Below are positions 1 through 10,291 of a DNA stretch of 64,000 bases, piece by piece. Both the position numbers and the translations under genes were made by a program. The stretch is taken from assembly GCA_963820825.1 (NCBI GenBank), contig CAWGBN010000002.1, positions 32,001-96,000 on the forward strand, given 5' to 3'. The stretch comes from Vulcanimicrobiota bacterium. GTDB taxonomy: Bacteria > Vulcanimicrobiota > Vulcanimicrobiia > Vulcanimicrobiales > Vulcanimicrobiaceae. Below the pieces are notes generated by a model. The model was not told where the DNA came from. It ran no database searches and saw only the letters and a program-made list of their open reading frames with translations. Numbering within the stretch: position 1 is the first letter of the stretch; each line of letters begins with the position of its first letter.

Positions 1-262
1 CCGAACGGCCGGCGTTGGTGCTGACGACAGTCGCGCGCGCGCGAACAGCCTCCCCGCTCAAACCCTCGTTCACCGGCTGCGGACGATCGGGGGCCGAGCC
101 GGCGTGCGCGACGAGCGAGATCTCCTCGTCGCCGACGTCGTAAATACCAACCCAACGGTACGTACGCGCGCTGCGGATGATCTCGGCGCTCGCGCGAGCG
201 CGCTGCTCGCGCGGCGATTCGGTGTCGGCCGCACGCGCGAGGCTGCGCACGGTTTCGTTCAT
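1..262 (-). CDS. GAF-domain protein, 3' end outside window
   Basis: Manual translation MNETVRSLARAAD...IIRSARTYRWVGIYDVGDEEISLVAHAG...GLSGEAVRARATVV; WVGIY and GLSGEA are GAF-like; ATGA overlap with purM stop. Confidence 0.7.
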   Translation of the reverse strand, partial: MNETVRSLARAADTESPREQRARASAEIIRSARTYRWVGIYDVGDEEISLVAHAGSAPDRPQPVNEGLSGEAVRARATVVSTNAGRS

Positions 263-1326
263 CGGTCGTCGCGCGCCGGATGAACGATCACTTGCGGCTC
301 GTCGCCGGCTCTCGACTCGACCCAGCCGATCACCTTCGCTCCCGCAACGGCGGCGATGGCGGCCGGCGCGTCGGTAACCGGGACGATAAGCGTATAGCCG
401 ACGCCCATATTGAGAACGCGATACCGCTCCTCGATTCCGAGACTCCCACGGCGAACGAGCTCTTGCATAATCGGCGGGACGCTCCAACGCTGCTGCTCGA
501 AGACCGCCTTGCATTCGCGGGGCAGCGTCCGCGGCACGTTCTCGAGCAGACCGCCGCCGGTAATATGCGCCATCGTCTTGACCGTTGCGACGCTCTCGAT
601 CGCACGCACCTCGCGGTAGTACGACGGATGTGCGGCGAGCAGCGCATCGGCGAAGGTCGTACCGGCAAAAGGTTCCTGCCACTCGCTCTGGGGTACGAGC
701 GCGCGTGCGAGCGAGTAGCCGTTCGTGTGCAGGCCGATCGACGGCAGCCCAAGGATCGCATCGCCCGGCACCACGCGCTGCACGTCGGGAATCGCATCGA
801 CCGAAACGATGCCGACGATCGTTCCGGCCAAATCGAAGTGATCACGCGCGTAGAGACCGGGCATCTCGGCGGTCTCGCCGCCGAGCAGCGCACACTCGTG
901 CGCCCGGCATGCTTCGGCGCAGCCGGCGACGATATCGGCGGCCACGGCCGGGTCGAGCTTACCGACGGCGAGGTAATCTAAAAAGAAGAGCGGCGTCGCG
1001 GTACAGACCAAGATGTCGTTCACGCAGTGGTTGACGAGATCGCGCCCGACGCCGCCGTAGCGTTTGAGCTCGGCCGCAATCAGGATCTTCGTACCGACGC
1101 CGTCGGTCGACGCGACCAACGCGCGGCTGCCGTCGCCCGGAAGACGAAAGAGACCTGCGAATCCGCCGATCGCATCGATCTGGTCGGGATGACGCCACTG
1201 CGCGAGGAGGGTGCGATACCGCGCAACGGCATCGTTTCCGGCCGCTACGTCGACCCCGGCGTCGGCATAGCGGTCGGAAACCGCGGCTTTTTGGCCCGAA
1301 CGAGGATTCTCCCAGCTTTCCGCCAT
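259..1326 (-). CDS. purM: Phosphoribosylformylglycinamidine cyclo-ligase (AIR synthetase)
   Basis: YADAGVD, STDGVGTK, VNDI, GGETAEMPG, HTNGYSL, HITGGG, NMGVG motifs; start approximate. Confidence 0.96.
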   Translation of the reverse strand: MAESWENPRSGQKAAVSDRYADAGVDVAAGNDAVARYRTLLAQWRHPDQIDAIGGFAGLFRLPGDGSRALVASTDGVGTKILIAAELKRYGGVGRDLVNHCVNDILVCTATPLFFLDYLAVGKLDPAVAADIVAGCAEACRAHECALLGGETAEMPGLYARDHFDLAGTIVGIVSVDAIPDVQRVVPGDAILGLPSIGLHTNGYSLARALVPQSEWQEPFAGTTFADALLAAHPSYYREVRAIESVATVKTMAHITGGGLLENVPRTLPRECKAVFEQQRWSVPPIMQELVRRGSLGIEERYRVLNMGVGYTLIVPVTDAPAAIAAVAGAKVIGWVESRAGDEPQVIVHPARDDR

Positions 1327-1361
1327 AGGCTGGCAGTACTTCACCGTCCGAAAGGTCCACC

Positions 1362-2923
1362 ATGCAAGTCTATCTCACCGCTGACGCCGCGAGCGACGTC
1401 GGCGCCGGCGCCCTCGTCGTTCCATTCTTCTCCGAAAGCCCGCTCGAGGGCACCACCAAAGACATCGATGCGACAAATGGCGGCTTCATCGCCGAGGCGC
1501 TGGCCTCGGGTGAAATTCGCGGAAAGCTCGGCGAACACGTCCTCGGCTACGCGAAGGACCGCCCTTATCGCCGCGTTCTGGCGATCTCGCTCGGCGATCG
1601 CGTGAGCTTCGAACCGTATATGCTCGCCCGTTATGCCGGAAGCGCCGTTCGCTATCTCGGGCGGCGCAACGTCGAGAAAATTGCAATCGCGCTGCCGCAA
1701 CAGGCGCTCGGACGCGAAGCGATCTGTGCCTCATTCGTAGCCGAAGGCGCGATCACGGGAAGCTTCGACACGACGCTCTACCAAGGCAAGCCGGACCGCC
1801 GTTTGGCAACCAATGAAGTCGCCATCCTCAGCGCGGGATTCGATACCGGCGAGATCGATCGCGGCATCGCGCGCGGAACGGCGCTTGGTGAAGCGGTCAA
1901 CCTGGCCCGCCGCCTCGCGGTCACGCCGGCGAACGACATGACGCCGACGCATATGGCCGAAGAGGCGTCGAAGATGGCGAAGGCCACCAGCCTCGAGATC
2001 GACGTCCTCGACGAAGAACGCGCGCGCAGCGAAGGCATGGGATCCTTTCTCTCGGTCGCCGCCGGCAGCATTCAGCCGCCGAAGTTCATCGTGCTGCGCT
2101 ACGCCGGCGATCCGTCGAGCAAAGAGCTGCTCGCCCTCGTCGGCAAGGGCATCACGTTCGATACCGGCGGCATCTCGATCAAGCCGGCGGAGCGAATGGA
2201 GGAGATGAAGTACGACATGTCCGGCGGCGCGGGCGTCATCGCGGCAATGAGTGCGATCGGCCGGCTGAAGCCGAAGCTCAACGTCGTCGGCATCGTTCCC
2301 GCGACCGAGAACATGCCCGGCGGAAAAGCGACGAAGCCCGGCGACATCGTGACGGCGATGAACGGCAAGACGATCGAAGTGATCAACACCGATGCCGAGG
2401 GCCGGCTCATTCTCGCCGACGCGCTCTGTTATGCCAACAAGCTCGGCGCGACGAAGATCGTCGACGTCGCGACGCTCACCGGCGCCTGCGTCATCGCGCT
2501 CGGACACGCCGCGTCGGCGGCGATCACGAATAACGATGCGTTCGGCGACGCAATTCCTTGCCGCGGCGAAGCCGACCGGCGAACGCTACTGGCAGATGCC
2601 GTATTACGACGATTACACCACGCAGATGAAGAGCGACATCGCCGACCTCAAGAATACCGGCGGACGCGCCGCCGGAACGCTTACGGCCGCCGCATTCCTG
2701 CGCGAGTTCGTCGGAGACGACGCCGTGGGTTCACCTCGACATCGCCGGCACCGCCTATCTCGACAGCGAGTCCCCTTGGCAGGCAAAAGGCCCCACCGGA
2801 ACCCCGGTGCGCGCGTTCGTCGCCTTGGTGGAGTCTCTCGCCAACGCCGACCGCGGGCAGGAAGCGGCCGATTCGAAGGACGGGCACGGGAACGGCGCCC
2901 GAACGGAAGAGCTGCGCGTGTGA
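1362..2923 (+). CDS. pepA: Leucyl aminopeptidase (M17), two +1 frameshifts at ~2551 and ~2720
   Basis: VGKGITFDTGG, MKYDMSG, NTDAEGRL, DVATLTGA; continues in next frames as ERYWQMP...SDIADLKN and PWVHLDIAGTA to TGA 2921-2923. Confidence 0.92.
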
Positions 2924-3747
2924 CCCTTCGGCAGTCTCACGTCGAGAGCGCACGTCCGTACGAACCCGAGAAGAATCCCGCGATCCGCCGCGTCACTGCG
3001 GGTGCGATCAAACGGCGCAAGGGCAAGACGATTTTTCCGATCGCCACCGCCTACGATGCGCCGTTCGGGCAGTTCGTCGAGGCCGCCGGCATCGACGTCA
3101 TCTTGGTCGGCGATAGCGTCGGAAACGTCGTGCTCGGATTCGACGAGACGACGCCGGTAACGCTAGACAACATGATCCACCACACGCAGGCGGTCGTGCG
3201 CGGGACGACGCGCGCGCACATCATGGCCGACATGCCCTTCGGTTCATACCAGATCAGCAACGAAGAGGCTCTGCGCGCCGCGATCCGATTCGTTAAAGAG
3301 GGCGGAGCCTGTTCGGTGAAGCTCGAGGGCGGCCGCGAACAGGCCGAGCGCATTCGCGCGATTACCGGCGCCGGAATCCCGGTCGTCGGCCACATCGGCG
3401 TCACCCCGCAGACGGCGGGCCTCGGTCCGGGCTTCAAGATGCGAACCCACCGCGACCGTTTGACCGACGACGCGCGATCGGTCGAAGCGGCCGGCGCCTA
3501 CGCGATCGTCCTCGAGGTCGTCGATTTCGAGATCTCGCGCGAGATTACCGAACTGCTCTCGATTCCGACGATCGGCATCGGCGCGGGACCGCACTGCGAT
3601 GCGCAAGTTCTCGTTCTGCACGACATTCTCGGCATGTACCCGCACTCGCCGAGCTTTGCCAAACGCTATGCCGAGGTCGGGAGCCTCGCCACCCAAGCCC
3701 TCGAAGCCTACGCGCGCGACGTGCGCGACAGAAAGTTTCCGGGCTAA
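2920..3747 (+). CDS. panB: 3-methyl-2-oxobutanoate hydroxymethyltransferase
   Basis: TAYD, ILVGDSVG, ADMPFGSY, VKLEGG, GHIGVTPQ, TIGIGAG; GTGA overlap with pepA stop. Confidence 0.95.
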   Translation: MTLRQSHVESARPYEPEKNPAIRRVTAGAIKRRKGKTIFPIATAYDAPFGQFVEAAGIDVILVGDSVGNVVLGFDETTPVTLDNMIHHTQAVVRGTTRAHIMADMPFGSYQISNEEALRAAIRFVKEGGACSVKLEGGREQAERIRAITGAGIPVVGHIGVTPQTAGLGPGFKMRTHRDRLTDDARSVEAAGAYAIVLEVVDFEISREITELLSIPTIGIGAGPHCDAQVLVLHDILGMYPHSPSFAKRYAEVGSLATQALEAYARDVRDRKFPG

Positions 3748-3770
3748 ACCCGCTTGCACAAAGGAGCTTC

Positions 3771-4100
3771 ATGACCGAGTATCACGAGCACGCCGATCTC
3801 TCGCTTCTGCCCGAGCTGCGTAAACTCGACCAGGCCGGGTTCGACGGTTTCGTCGCGCTCGACAAAACCGTCGGGCGCACCGATGGAACGATCCCGCAGA
3901 AGTATCGCGAACTCATCGCGCTCGGCGTCGCTTTGACGACCCAGTGCCCCTACTGCCTTGACGTTCACACCGCCAACGCCAAGAAGGCCGGAGCGACGCG
4001 TGAAGAGCTCGCCGAGACGGTGCATATCGCGGCGGCGCTGCGCGCCGGTGCCGCGCTCACGCACGGCTTGCTCGCGCTCAAGCTATACGATAAGAGCTGA
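3771..4100 (+). CDS. Carboxymuconolactone decarboxylase/AhpD-like protein
   Basis: KYRELIALGVALTTQCPYCLDVH...AKKAGATREEL; SD aaggag upstream. Confidence 0.88.
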   Translation: MTEYHEHADLSLLPELRKLDQAGFDGFVALDKTVGRTDGTIPQKYRELIALGVALTTQCPYCLDVHTANAKKAGATREELAETVHIAAALRAGAALTHGLLALKLYDKS

Positions 4101-4164
4101 GCCGGCCGTCGCGGGTCGCGCTCCGTGCCTACCAGTTGGCACTCCGGAACGCTACCATCGCGGC

Positions 4165-4371
4165 ATGTTCGAAACCGCCGACTCTTCCGATCCGCTCCTT
4201 ATCGCGATGCGCGCTTTCGAGCGCGTCCTTCTTGCGTGCGACGCCACGCCTCGAGCGCATCGAGGCGCCGCCGCACGGCGTGAAGCTCGTCGATCAGTGC
4301 AAGGCCACCCGTCGCCAAGTGCCCCGCTTCCGGCGTCAAACGTGATTCCGCTTCCTCTTCGCCGGCGTTAG
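4165..4371 (+). CDS. Small hypothetical protein, possibly with internal indels
   Basis: MFETADSSDPLLIAMRAFERVLLACDAT...SNVIPLPLRRR; helical N-terminus and NVIPL tail. Confidence 0.4.
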   Translation: MFETADSSDPLLIAMRAFERVLLACDATPRAHRGAAARREARRSVQGHPSPSAPLPASNVIPLPLRRR

Positions 4372-4729
4372 GCGTCGCCTCGCGAACGCGGGCGCCGGCC
4401 CGCTCGAGCGCCGTCGTCACGAAGGCTTGGGCGCGCGAGCGCGCGGCTTCGCTGAGTTTGCGGCCGAGGAGGCGAACCTCGACGATCATCGCGGCCTTGT
4501 TCGCTTCGACGAGCAGCCGCGGTTCTTCGCGTTCGATCCCGTAGAGCGCCTCGGCGCTCGTCCCGAGCGCTCGAGCGATGCGAACGACGACGCTGATCGT
4601 GGGATTGAGACGCTGGTCGGCTTCGATTTTATAGAGCGTCGGGTGATTTACTTCGGCACGCCGAGCCAGCTCGTTCTGCGACCAGCCCAAGGCACGCCGC
4701 CGCGCGGCAATTCTCTTTCCCAGCGTCAC
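4199..4729 (-). CDS. XRE-family HTH regulator (true stop may be near 4368)
   Basis: LGKRIAARRRALGWSQNELARRAEVNHPTLYKIEADQRLNPTISVVVRIARALG. Confidence 0.8.
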   Translation of the reverse strand: MTLGKRIAARRRALGWSQNELARRAEVNHPTLYKIEADQRLNPTISVVVRIARALGTSAEALYGIEREEPRLLVEANKAAMIVEVRLLGRKLSEAARSRAQAFVTTALERAGARVREATPNAGEEEAESRLTPEAGHLATGGLALIDELHAVRRRLDALEAWRRTQEGRARKRASR

Positions 4730-4789
4730 GCATCTGGACTGTAGCAGCCGGGCGCGAAGGCCCTTGAACCAATCGGTCTTGGCGGACGG

Positions 4790-6154
4790 TTAGGCCTTTT
4801 GGAGCTGGTGCGCCGCCGGTAGATTCGGATATTCGCCGATCAGACAGCCGAGGCACATCTCTTCGCGCTTGCGGCCGACTGCGGCGATCAATCCGCCGAG
4901 GCTCAGATAGCCCAGCGAATCGGCACCGGTCTTCTGCCGAATCTCTTCGACCGAATGATTTGCCGCGATGAGCTCGCCGTAGGTCGCCATGTCGACGCCG
5001 AGATAGCACGGGTGCTTGATCGGCGGCGAGGTGATCCGCAGGTGAACCTCGTTCGCCCCCGCTTCGCGAAGCAACGCGACGATGCGAGGCGTCGTCGTTC
5101 CGCGGACGATCGAGTCGTCGACCACGATCACGCGTTGGCCTTCGAGGTTTTCGACGACCGGATTGAACTTCAAATGCACCCCGCGCGAACGCATGCGCTG
5201 GTCGGGGCTGATGAACGTGCGGCCGATGTAGCGATTCTTGATCAAGCCTTCGATATACGGTAATCCGCTCTCCGCGGCGTAGCCGATGCCGCCGGCAACG
5301 GCCGAGTCGGGAACCGCCATGACCACGTCGGCTTCGACCGGGTGCTCGCGGGCGAGCTCTCGTCCCATCGCGTAGCGCGCCATGTAGATGGAGCGCTCGC
5401 TGAACTTCGAATCGGGGCGCGCAAAGTAAATGTACTCGAACATGCAGAGCGCCGGCTTCGCGAACTCGACCTCCGTCTGGTGCGACTCCAGGCCGTCCGG
5501 CCCGATCCGGATGATCTCGCCGCGCTCGATCTCGCGCAGATATTGAGCGCCGACCGTTCCCAGCGCGCACGACTCCGAGGCGACGACGTATCCGTTGTCG
5601 CCGAGTCGGCCGAGGCAGAGCGGGCGAACGCCCCACGGATCGCGGAACGCGTAGAGTTCGCTCTGGGTGCAGAGGACGATTGAGTAGGCGCCGCGCGCCG
5701 ATGCGAGCACCGCCTTGATGCGGTCGAGCATCGTGCCCTTCGACTCGACGATCAGCTTCGCCATCACCTCGGAATCGGAGGTCGCCTGCAAAACCGTCGT
5801 CGGCGCGAGCCGATCGCGCAGCTCGTCGGTGTTGGTGAGGTTACCGTTATGCGCGAAGGCGAAGTCGCCGAGCTCGCTGCGTTCCAGCAGCGGCTGGGCG
5901 TTGACGACGATCGACGAGCCGGTCGTCGAATAGCGCGTGTGGCCGATCGCGATGTGGCCGCTCAGATCGCTGAGGATATCCTCGTCGAAGATGGCGCCCA
6001 AAAGCCCCATCTCCTTGTGCGAACGGATCGTCCCGCCGTCGGCGGCGGCGATGCCGGCCGATTCTTGCCCGCGATGCTGGAGCGCGTAGAGTGAAAAGAA
6101 CGCAAGGCGAGCCGCGTCGCGTCCGGGTGCGAAGACGCCCGTTATCCCGCACAT
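4790..6154 (-). CDS. purF: Amidophosphoribosyltransferase
   Basis: N-terminal MCG nucleophile, LQHRGQES, HTRYST, HNGNL, CMFEYIYFARPDS, VDDSIVRGTT. Confidence 0.97.
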   Translation of the reverse strand: MCGITGVFAPGRDAARLAFFSLYALQHRGQESAGIAAADGGTIRSHKEMGLLGAIFDEDILSDLSGHIAIGHTRYSTTGSSIVVNAQPLLERSELGDFAFAHNGNLTNTDELRDRLAPTTVLQATSDSEVMAKLIVESKGTMLDRIKAVLASARGAYSIVLCTQSELYAFRDPWGVRPLCLGRLGDNGYVVASESCALGTVGAQYLREIERGEIIRIGPDGLESHQTEVEFAKPALCMFEYIYFARPDSKFSERSIYMARYAMGRELAREHPVEADVVMAVPDSAVAGGIGYAAESGLPYIEGLIKNRYIGRTFISPDQRMRSRGVHLKFNPVVENLEGQRVIVVDDSIVRGTTTPRIVALLREAGANEVHLRITSPPIKHPCYLGVDMATYGELIAANHSVEEIRQKTGADSLGYLSLGGLIAAVGRKREEMCLGCLIGEYPNLPAAHQLQKA

Positions 6155-6162
6155 CCTAGCTC

Positions 6163-6171
6163 ATTATACCA
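6163..6171 (-). promoter_or_regulatory. Extended -10 promoter (TGGTATAAT) just upstream of purF
   Basis: Perfect TGnTATAAT on minus strand, 8 nt before the purF ATG. Confidence 0.6.
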
Positions 6172-6196
6172 GACTTACCGCTCGCGCAGGGCGCGA

Positions 6197-6868
6197 TTAG
6201 TCTGATGACCGCCTTCCGCCGAAAATTTGCAACAAGGCAAGGAAGATATTGATCGCATCGAGGTAGATGCTCATCGCCATCAAGACGGGGGTCAAGCCGT
6301 CGCCGCCGGCACGCAGCCGGGCGAAGTCGACCAGCACCAGCCCCGAAAAGATGACTAGCGTAATCCACGCATAGACCTCGGGATGAATGAACCGTACGAA
6401 GATCGAGATAATGCCGACGACGATCAAACCCAGCAGCGCGATTAACAAGATGCCCTGGAAGCGCCGCAGATCGAGGCCGGTGGCGTAAACAACCGCGGCG
6501 AGAGCGAACATACCCAGCCCCGTGGTGAGCGCCGCGTTGACCACGACGTCCGGCCCGAAGGCGCGAACGTACTGTCCGATCACCGGCGCGATGCCGACGC
6601 CTTCGCAAAAGGTGAACGCGTAGAAGAGCACCAGCGAGATCGCCTCGTTGCGCCGCGTCGCGTTGATGCAGAGCAAGAGGATGAAACCGGCGATCATGGC
6701 GATGAGCCCGACGCCGTACGGCAACCCTTGGAAGAACCAAGCCGCCACCGCGGTGACGCAGAGCCCGAGGGCGGTAATGCCGAGTACCTGCGCAAGCAGC
6801 GAATTCGTCGGTACGGCCGGCGCGAGCGGACCGCCGTATTGATTCTGCGGCTGGAAGCGATAAGCCAT
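6197..6868 (-). CDS. Bax inhibitor-1/YccA family membrane protein
   Basis: About 7 TM segments; C-terminal SIYLDAINIFLALLQIFG. Confidence 0.9.
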   Translation of the reverse strand: MAYRFQPQNQYGGPLAPAVPTNSLLAQVLGITALGLCVTAVAAWFFQGLPYGVGLIAMIAGFILLLCINATRRNEAISLVLFYAFTFCEGVGIAPVIGQYVRAFGPDVVVNAALTTGLGMFALAAVVYATGLDLRRFQGILLIALLGLIVVGIISIFVRFIHPEVYAWITLVIFSGLVLVDFARLRAGGDGLTPVLMAMSIYLDAINIFLALLQIFGGRRSSD

Positions 6869-6902
6869 GACGTTCTCTACTAACCTCCTTACGGGCGAGA
6901 GG

Positions 6903-8174
6903 TTACACCGGGCAGGCGGCGATATCCGTTCGGTAGGTCAGGGCGTCGGTTCCGAGGCGTCCCGCGAGCTGCTTCACTCCGGCGTAGGCTTTCGAGCGCG
7001 CCTCCGCGAGCGCGTCGCCGAGGGCGGTTACGGTGAGCACCCGGCCCCCGCCGGTGCTGACGCTTCCGTCGACGCGGCGCGACGCGCCCCAAAATGCGCG
7101 GCAGCCCTCACCGAGCGAGAGGTCGGGAGTCAATCCCTCGAGCGGCGTGTTGCTGCGCGGATAATCGGCCGTCGCTAAGACGACGCCGACGCAATGCTGT
7201 GCCGACGTGGACGCGAGCGAGAGATCCATCGCGCCGCGCGCGACCGAATCGAGCAGCAGCGCGAAGTCGCCGCCGATCCGCGGCAGCAGTACCTGCGTTT
7301 CGGGGTCGCCGAAGCGCGCGTTGAACTCGATGACGTGCGGACCCGCCTCGTTCCACATCAAGCCGCAGTAGACGACGCCGACGTAGTTCTCGCCTTCGGC
7401 GAGCAAGGCGCGCAGCAACGGCCCGAGGATGCGCTCGCGCACCCGATCCTCGAGATCGTCGGGAAATCGTGCCGGCGGCGAGTACGCGCCCATGCCGCCG
7501 GTATTGGGTCCGGTGTCGCCGTCGCCGGCGCGCTTATAATCGCAGGCTCCGCCGATGGGAACGATCGCCCGGCCGTCGCAGAGTGCGAAGATGCTCACCT
7601 CGCGACCCTCCAAACGCTCTTCGAGCACGACGTCGGAGCCGCCGCCCGGCAGGTGCGCGCCGTCGTACCATTCGTGCAGCACGGCGCGCGCCGATTCAAC
7701 GTCGGGCGCCACGACCACGCCCTTTCCGGCGGCAAGCCCGTCGGCTTTCACGACGACCGCGCCCTTCCAAACGTCGAGCGCTTTCTGTGCGGCGTCGAGC
7801 GAATGCGCGACCACGGCGCGAGCGGTCGGAATGCCGTGGCGTTCCATGAAACGCTTTGCAAAGATCTTGCTCGATTCGAGCCGTCCGCCCGAACGATTGG
7901 GGCCGAACACCGCGATTCCGGCGTCGCGCAGACGATCGCCGACGCCGGCCGCTATTGCGGTCTCCGGGCCGAGCACGACGAGATCGATGCGCTCGTCGAG
8001 GCAACGCTGCGTCAGGCTCTTGCCGTCGGTCGCGGCGATATCCCAGTTCTCGCCGCGCGACGCGGTGCCGGCATTGCCGGGCGCGGCGAAGACGGCCTCG
8101 CACGACGGCGACTCGGCGATTCGCCACGAGAGCGCATCCTCGCGCGCGCCGTTACCGACGACGAGGACGCGCAT
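6903..8174 (-). CDS. purD: Phosphoribosylamine--glycine ligase
   Basis: VLVVGNGARE, APGNAG, LESSKIFAK, VKADGLAAGKGV, GPNTGGMGAYSP, EFNARFGDPETQ. Confidence 0.97.
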   Translation of the reverse strand: MRVLVVGNGAREDALSWRIAESPSCEAVFAAPGNAGTASRGENWDIAATDGKSLTQRCLDERIDLVVLGPETAIAAGVGDRLRDAGIAVFGPNRSGGRLESSKIFAKRFMERHGIPTARAVVAHSLDAAQKALDVWKGAVVVKADGLAAGKGVVVAPDVESARAVLHEWYDGAHLPGGGSDVVLEERLEGREVSIFALCDGRAIVPIGGACDYKRAGDGDTGPNTGGMGAYSPPARFPDDLEDRVRERILGPLLRALLAEGENYVGVVYCGLMWNEAGPHVIEFNARFGDPETQVLLPRIGGDFALLLDSVARGAMDLSLASTSAQHCVGVVLATADYPRSNTPLEGLTPDLSLGEGCRAFWGASRRVDGSVSTGGGRVLTVTALGDALAEARSKAYAGVKQLAGRLGTDALTYRTDIAACPV

Positions 8175-8177
8175 CGG

Positions 8178-9719
8178 CTACTCCCACTCGACGGTCGCCG
8201 GCGGCTTCGTCGTGACGTCGTACGCGATCCGGTTGACGCCGCGCACTTCGTTGACGATGCGCGCAGAGATCCGCTCGAGCAGCTCGTGCGGAAGCCGTGC
8301 CCAGTCGGCCGTCATTCCGTCCTCGCTGGTAATCGCGCGAATCGCCACGAGATTCGCGTACGTACGTCCGTCGCCCATCACGCCGACGCTCTTAACCGGC
8401 GTCAGCACCGCGAAGTATTGCCAGGGGTGCGGATCGAGCGTCGCACCGTCTATCTCCTCGCGGACGATCGCATCGGCGGCGCGCACCACCGCGAGCCGCT
8501 CGGGCGTAACGTCTCCGATGATCCGAACCGCGAGCCCCGGGCCGGGAAAGGGTTGCCGGCCGACGATCCGCTCGGGAAGACCGAGCGCGCGGCCGAGCTC
8601 GCGCACCTCATCTTTGAAGAGCGTGCGCAGCGGCTCGATCAGCGCGAGCCCCATCTTCTCCGGCAGGCCGCCGACGTTGTGATGCGATTTGATCTTCTCG
8701 CCGGCCTTACTCCCGGGCGTCTTCGATTCGATCACGTCGGGGTAGAGCGTGCCTTGCACCAAGTACTTCACGCCCGGAATCTTTGCCGCTTCGCGTTCGA
8801 AGACGTCGATGAACTCGTGGCCGATGATTACCCGCTTGCGCTCCGGATCTTCGACCCCGCGCAGCTTGCTCAAGAACCCGTCGCTCGCATCGACCGCGAC
8901 GACGTTGAGGTGCAGCAGCTCGCGAAAGGCCCCGATTACCTCCTCCGCCTCACCCTGGCGCAGGAGTCCGTGGTCGACGAAGATGCAGGTGAGCTGCTCG
9001 CCGATCGCCCGTGCGACCAGCGTCGCCGCAACCGCCGAATCGACTCCGCCCGAAAGCGCGCAGATCACCTTGTCGTTGCCGACTTGAGCGCGGATCTCGC
9101 CGATAGACTGCTCGAGGAATGAGTCCATCTTCCAATCCCGGCCCAGCCCGGCGACCTCGTGGAGGAAGTTGTCGAGAATCGTTCGCCCGTGCTCGGTATG
9201 CACGACCTCGGGATGGAACTGCACCCCGTAGATCTTCCGCTCGGGATCGCCCATCGCCGCAACGTGACAACGCGCCGTCGACGCGAGCATGCGATACCCG
9301 TTGGGGAGCGAGACGACCGAATCGCCGTGCGACATCCAGACCCGCGACTCTTCCGGGACGCCATCGAAGAGCGGCGTCTCGCGATCGAGAACGACCAGCC
9401 TCGCCGGACCGTACTCTGCGTGATCGAGCTTGACCAGCTCCGCGCCGACGTCGCGCGCGACGAGCTGCATGCCGTAGCAGATGCCCAAAATCGGAACGCC
9501 CGATTCGACGATTGCCGCATCCATCTCCGGTGCGCCCTCGACCATCGTGCTTTCCGGTCCGCCCGAGAGAATCAACGCCGCGGGGTCGCGCGCCGCGAGC
9601 GTATTCCACGGCGTATCGTGCGGAACGATCTCGCAGTAGACGCCGAGCTCGCGGATTCGGCGCGCAATGAGCTGTCCGTACTGCGCGCCGAAGTCGAGAA
9701 CGAAGACGGTTGCGGGCAT
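8178..9719 (-). CDS. guaA: GMP synthase (glutamine-hydrolysing)
   Basis: [45 protein letters not shown]. Confidence 0.98.
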   Translation of the reverse strand: MPATVFVLDFGAQYGQLIARRIRELGVYCEIVPHDTPWNTLAARDPAALILSGGPESTMVEGAPEMDAAIVESGVPILGICYGMQLVARDVGAELVKLDHAEYGPARLVVLDRETPLFDGVPEESRVWMSHGDSVVSLPNGYRMLASTARCHVAAMGDPERKIYGVQFHPEVVHTEHGRTILDNFLHEVAGLGRDWKMDSFLEQSIGEIRAQVGNDKVICALSGGVDSAVAATLVARAIGEQLTCIFVDHGLLRQGEAEEVIGAFRELLHLNVVAVDASDGFLSKLRGVEDPERKRVIIGHEFIDVFEREAAKIPGVKYLVQGTLYPDVIESKTPGSKAGEKIKSHHNVGGLPEKMGLALIEPLRTLFKDEVRELGRALGLPERIVGRQPFPGPGLAVRIIGDVTPERLAVVRAADAIVREEIDGATLDPHPWQYFAVLTPVKSVGVMGDGRTYANLVAIRAITSEDGMTADWARLPHELLERISARIVNEVRGVNRIAYDVTTKPPATVEWE

Positions 9720-9722
9720 CGA

Positions 9723-10262
9723 CTATGCCGCGGCTGCGGCAGCTTTCAGTGCAGTGTCGTAGTCGGGCTCGCTGGCGACGTCGGGGACGATCTGCACGTA
9801 TTTGATCGTGCGGTCCTTGCCGATCACGACGATCGCGCGGGCGTGGAACCCGAGCTCCTCGATCAACAGACCGTAGTTCAACCCGAAACTATGATCGCGA
9901 TAATCCGAGAGCATCCCGAGCTTGATCCCGTCCTGTGCGCCGCACCAGCGCGCCTGCGCGAAGGGCAGGTCCATGCTCACCACGGCGACGCGAACGTTCT
10001 CGGGCAGCTCTCCTAACCGGGCGTTGAACTTCTGCGACTCCATCGAGCAGACGGGCGTATCGAGCGAGGGGACGACGATGAGCATCACCGCGTTCTTCCC
10101 CTCGTCGGTCAAGATCCTGGGCGAGACGGTGGAGAGATCGCCGGTCGTCAACGTAAACTCGGGCGCCGGATCGCCGGCGCGCAGCTCGGGTCCGAGCAGC
10201 GTCATCGGCTTTCCTTTAAATGTCGTAACTCCGGTGCGTGTTTGCACCCCATTGACGGTCAT
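9723..10262 (-). CDS. tpx: Thiol peroxidase (Tpx-type peroxiredoxin)
   Basis: VPSLDTPVC, SMDLPFAQARWC, EPDY; SD ggagg. Confidence 0.93.
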   Translation of the reverse strand: MTVNGVQTRTGVTTFKGKPMTLLGPELRAGDPAPEFTLTTGDLSTVSPRILTDEGKNAVMLIVVPSLDTPVCSMESQKFNARLGELPENVRVAVVSMDLPFAQARWCGAQDGIKLGMLSDYRDHSFGLNYGLLIEELGFHARAIVVIGKDRTIKYVQIVPDVASEPDYDTALKAAAAAA

Positions 10263-10291
10263 CGGTACCTCCATTAGCGGCTGTTGGTATG

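Noticed and set aside
2392..3747. Apparent PepA-PanB fusion (451-aa ORF)
   Set aside because: Artefact of two pepA indels; pepA ends at TGA 2921-2923 and panB starts at the overlapping GTG 2920.
7194..9122. Long antisense ORFs (also 13196-14482, 17399-18610, 19338-20795)
   Set aside because: High-GC antisense shadows of clear genes, with no motifs.
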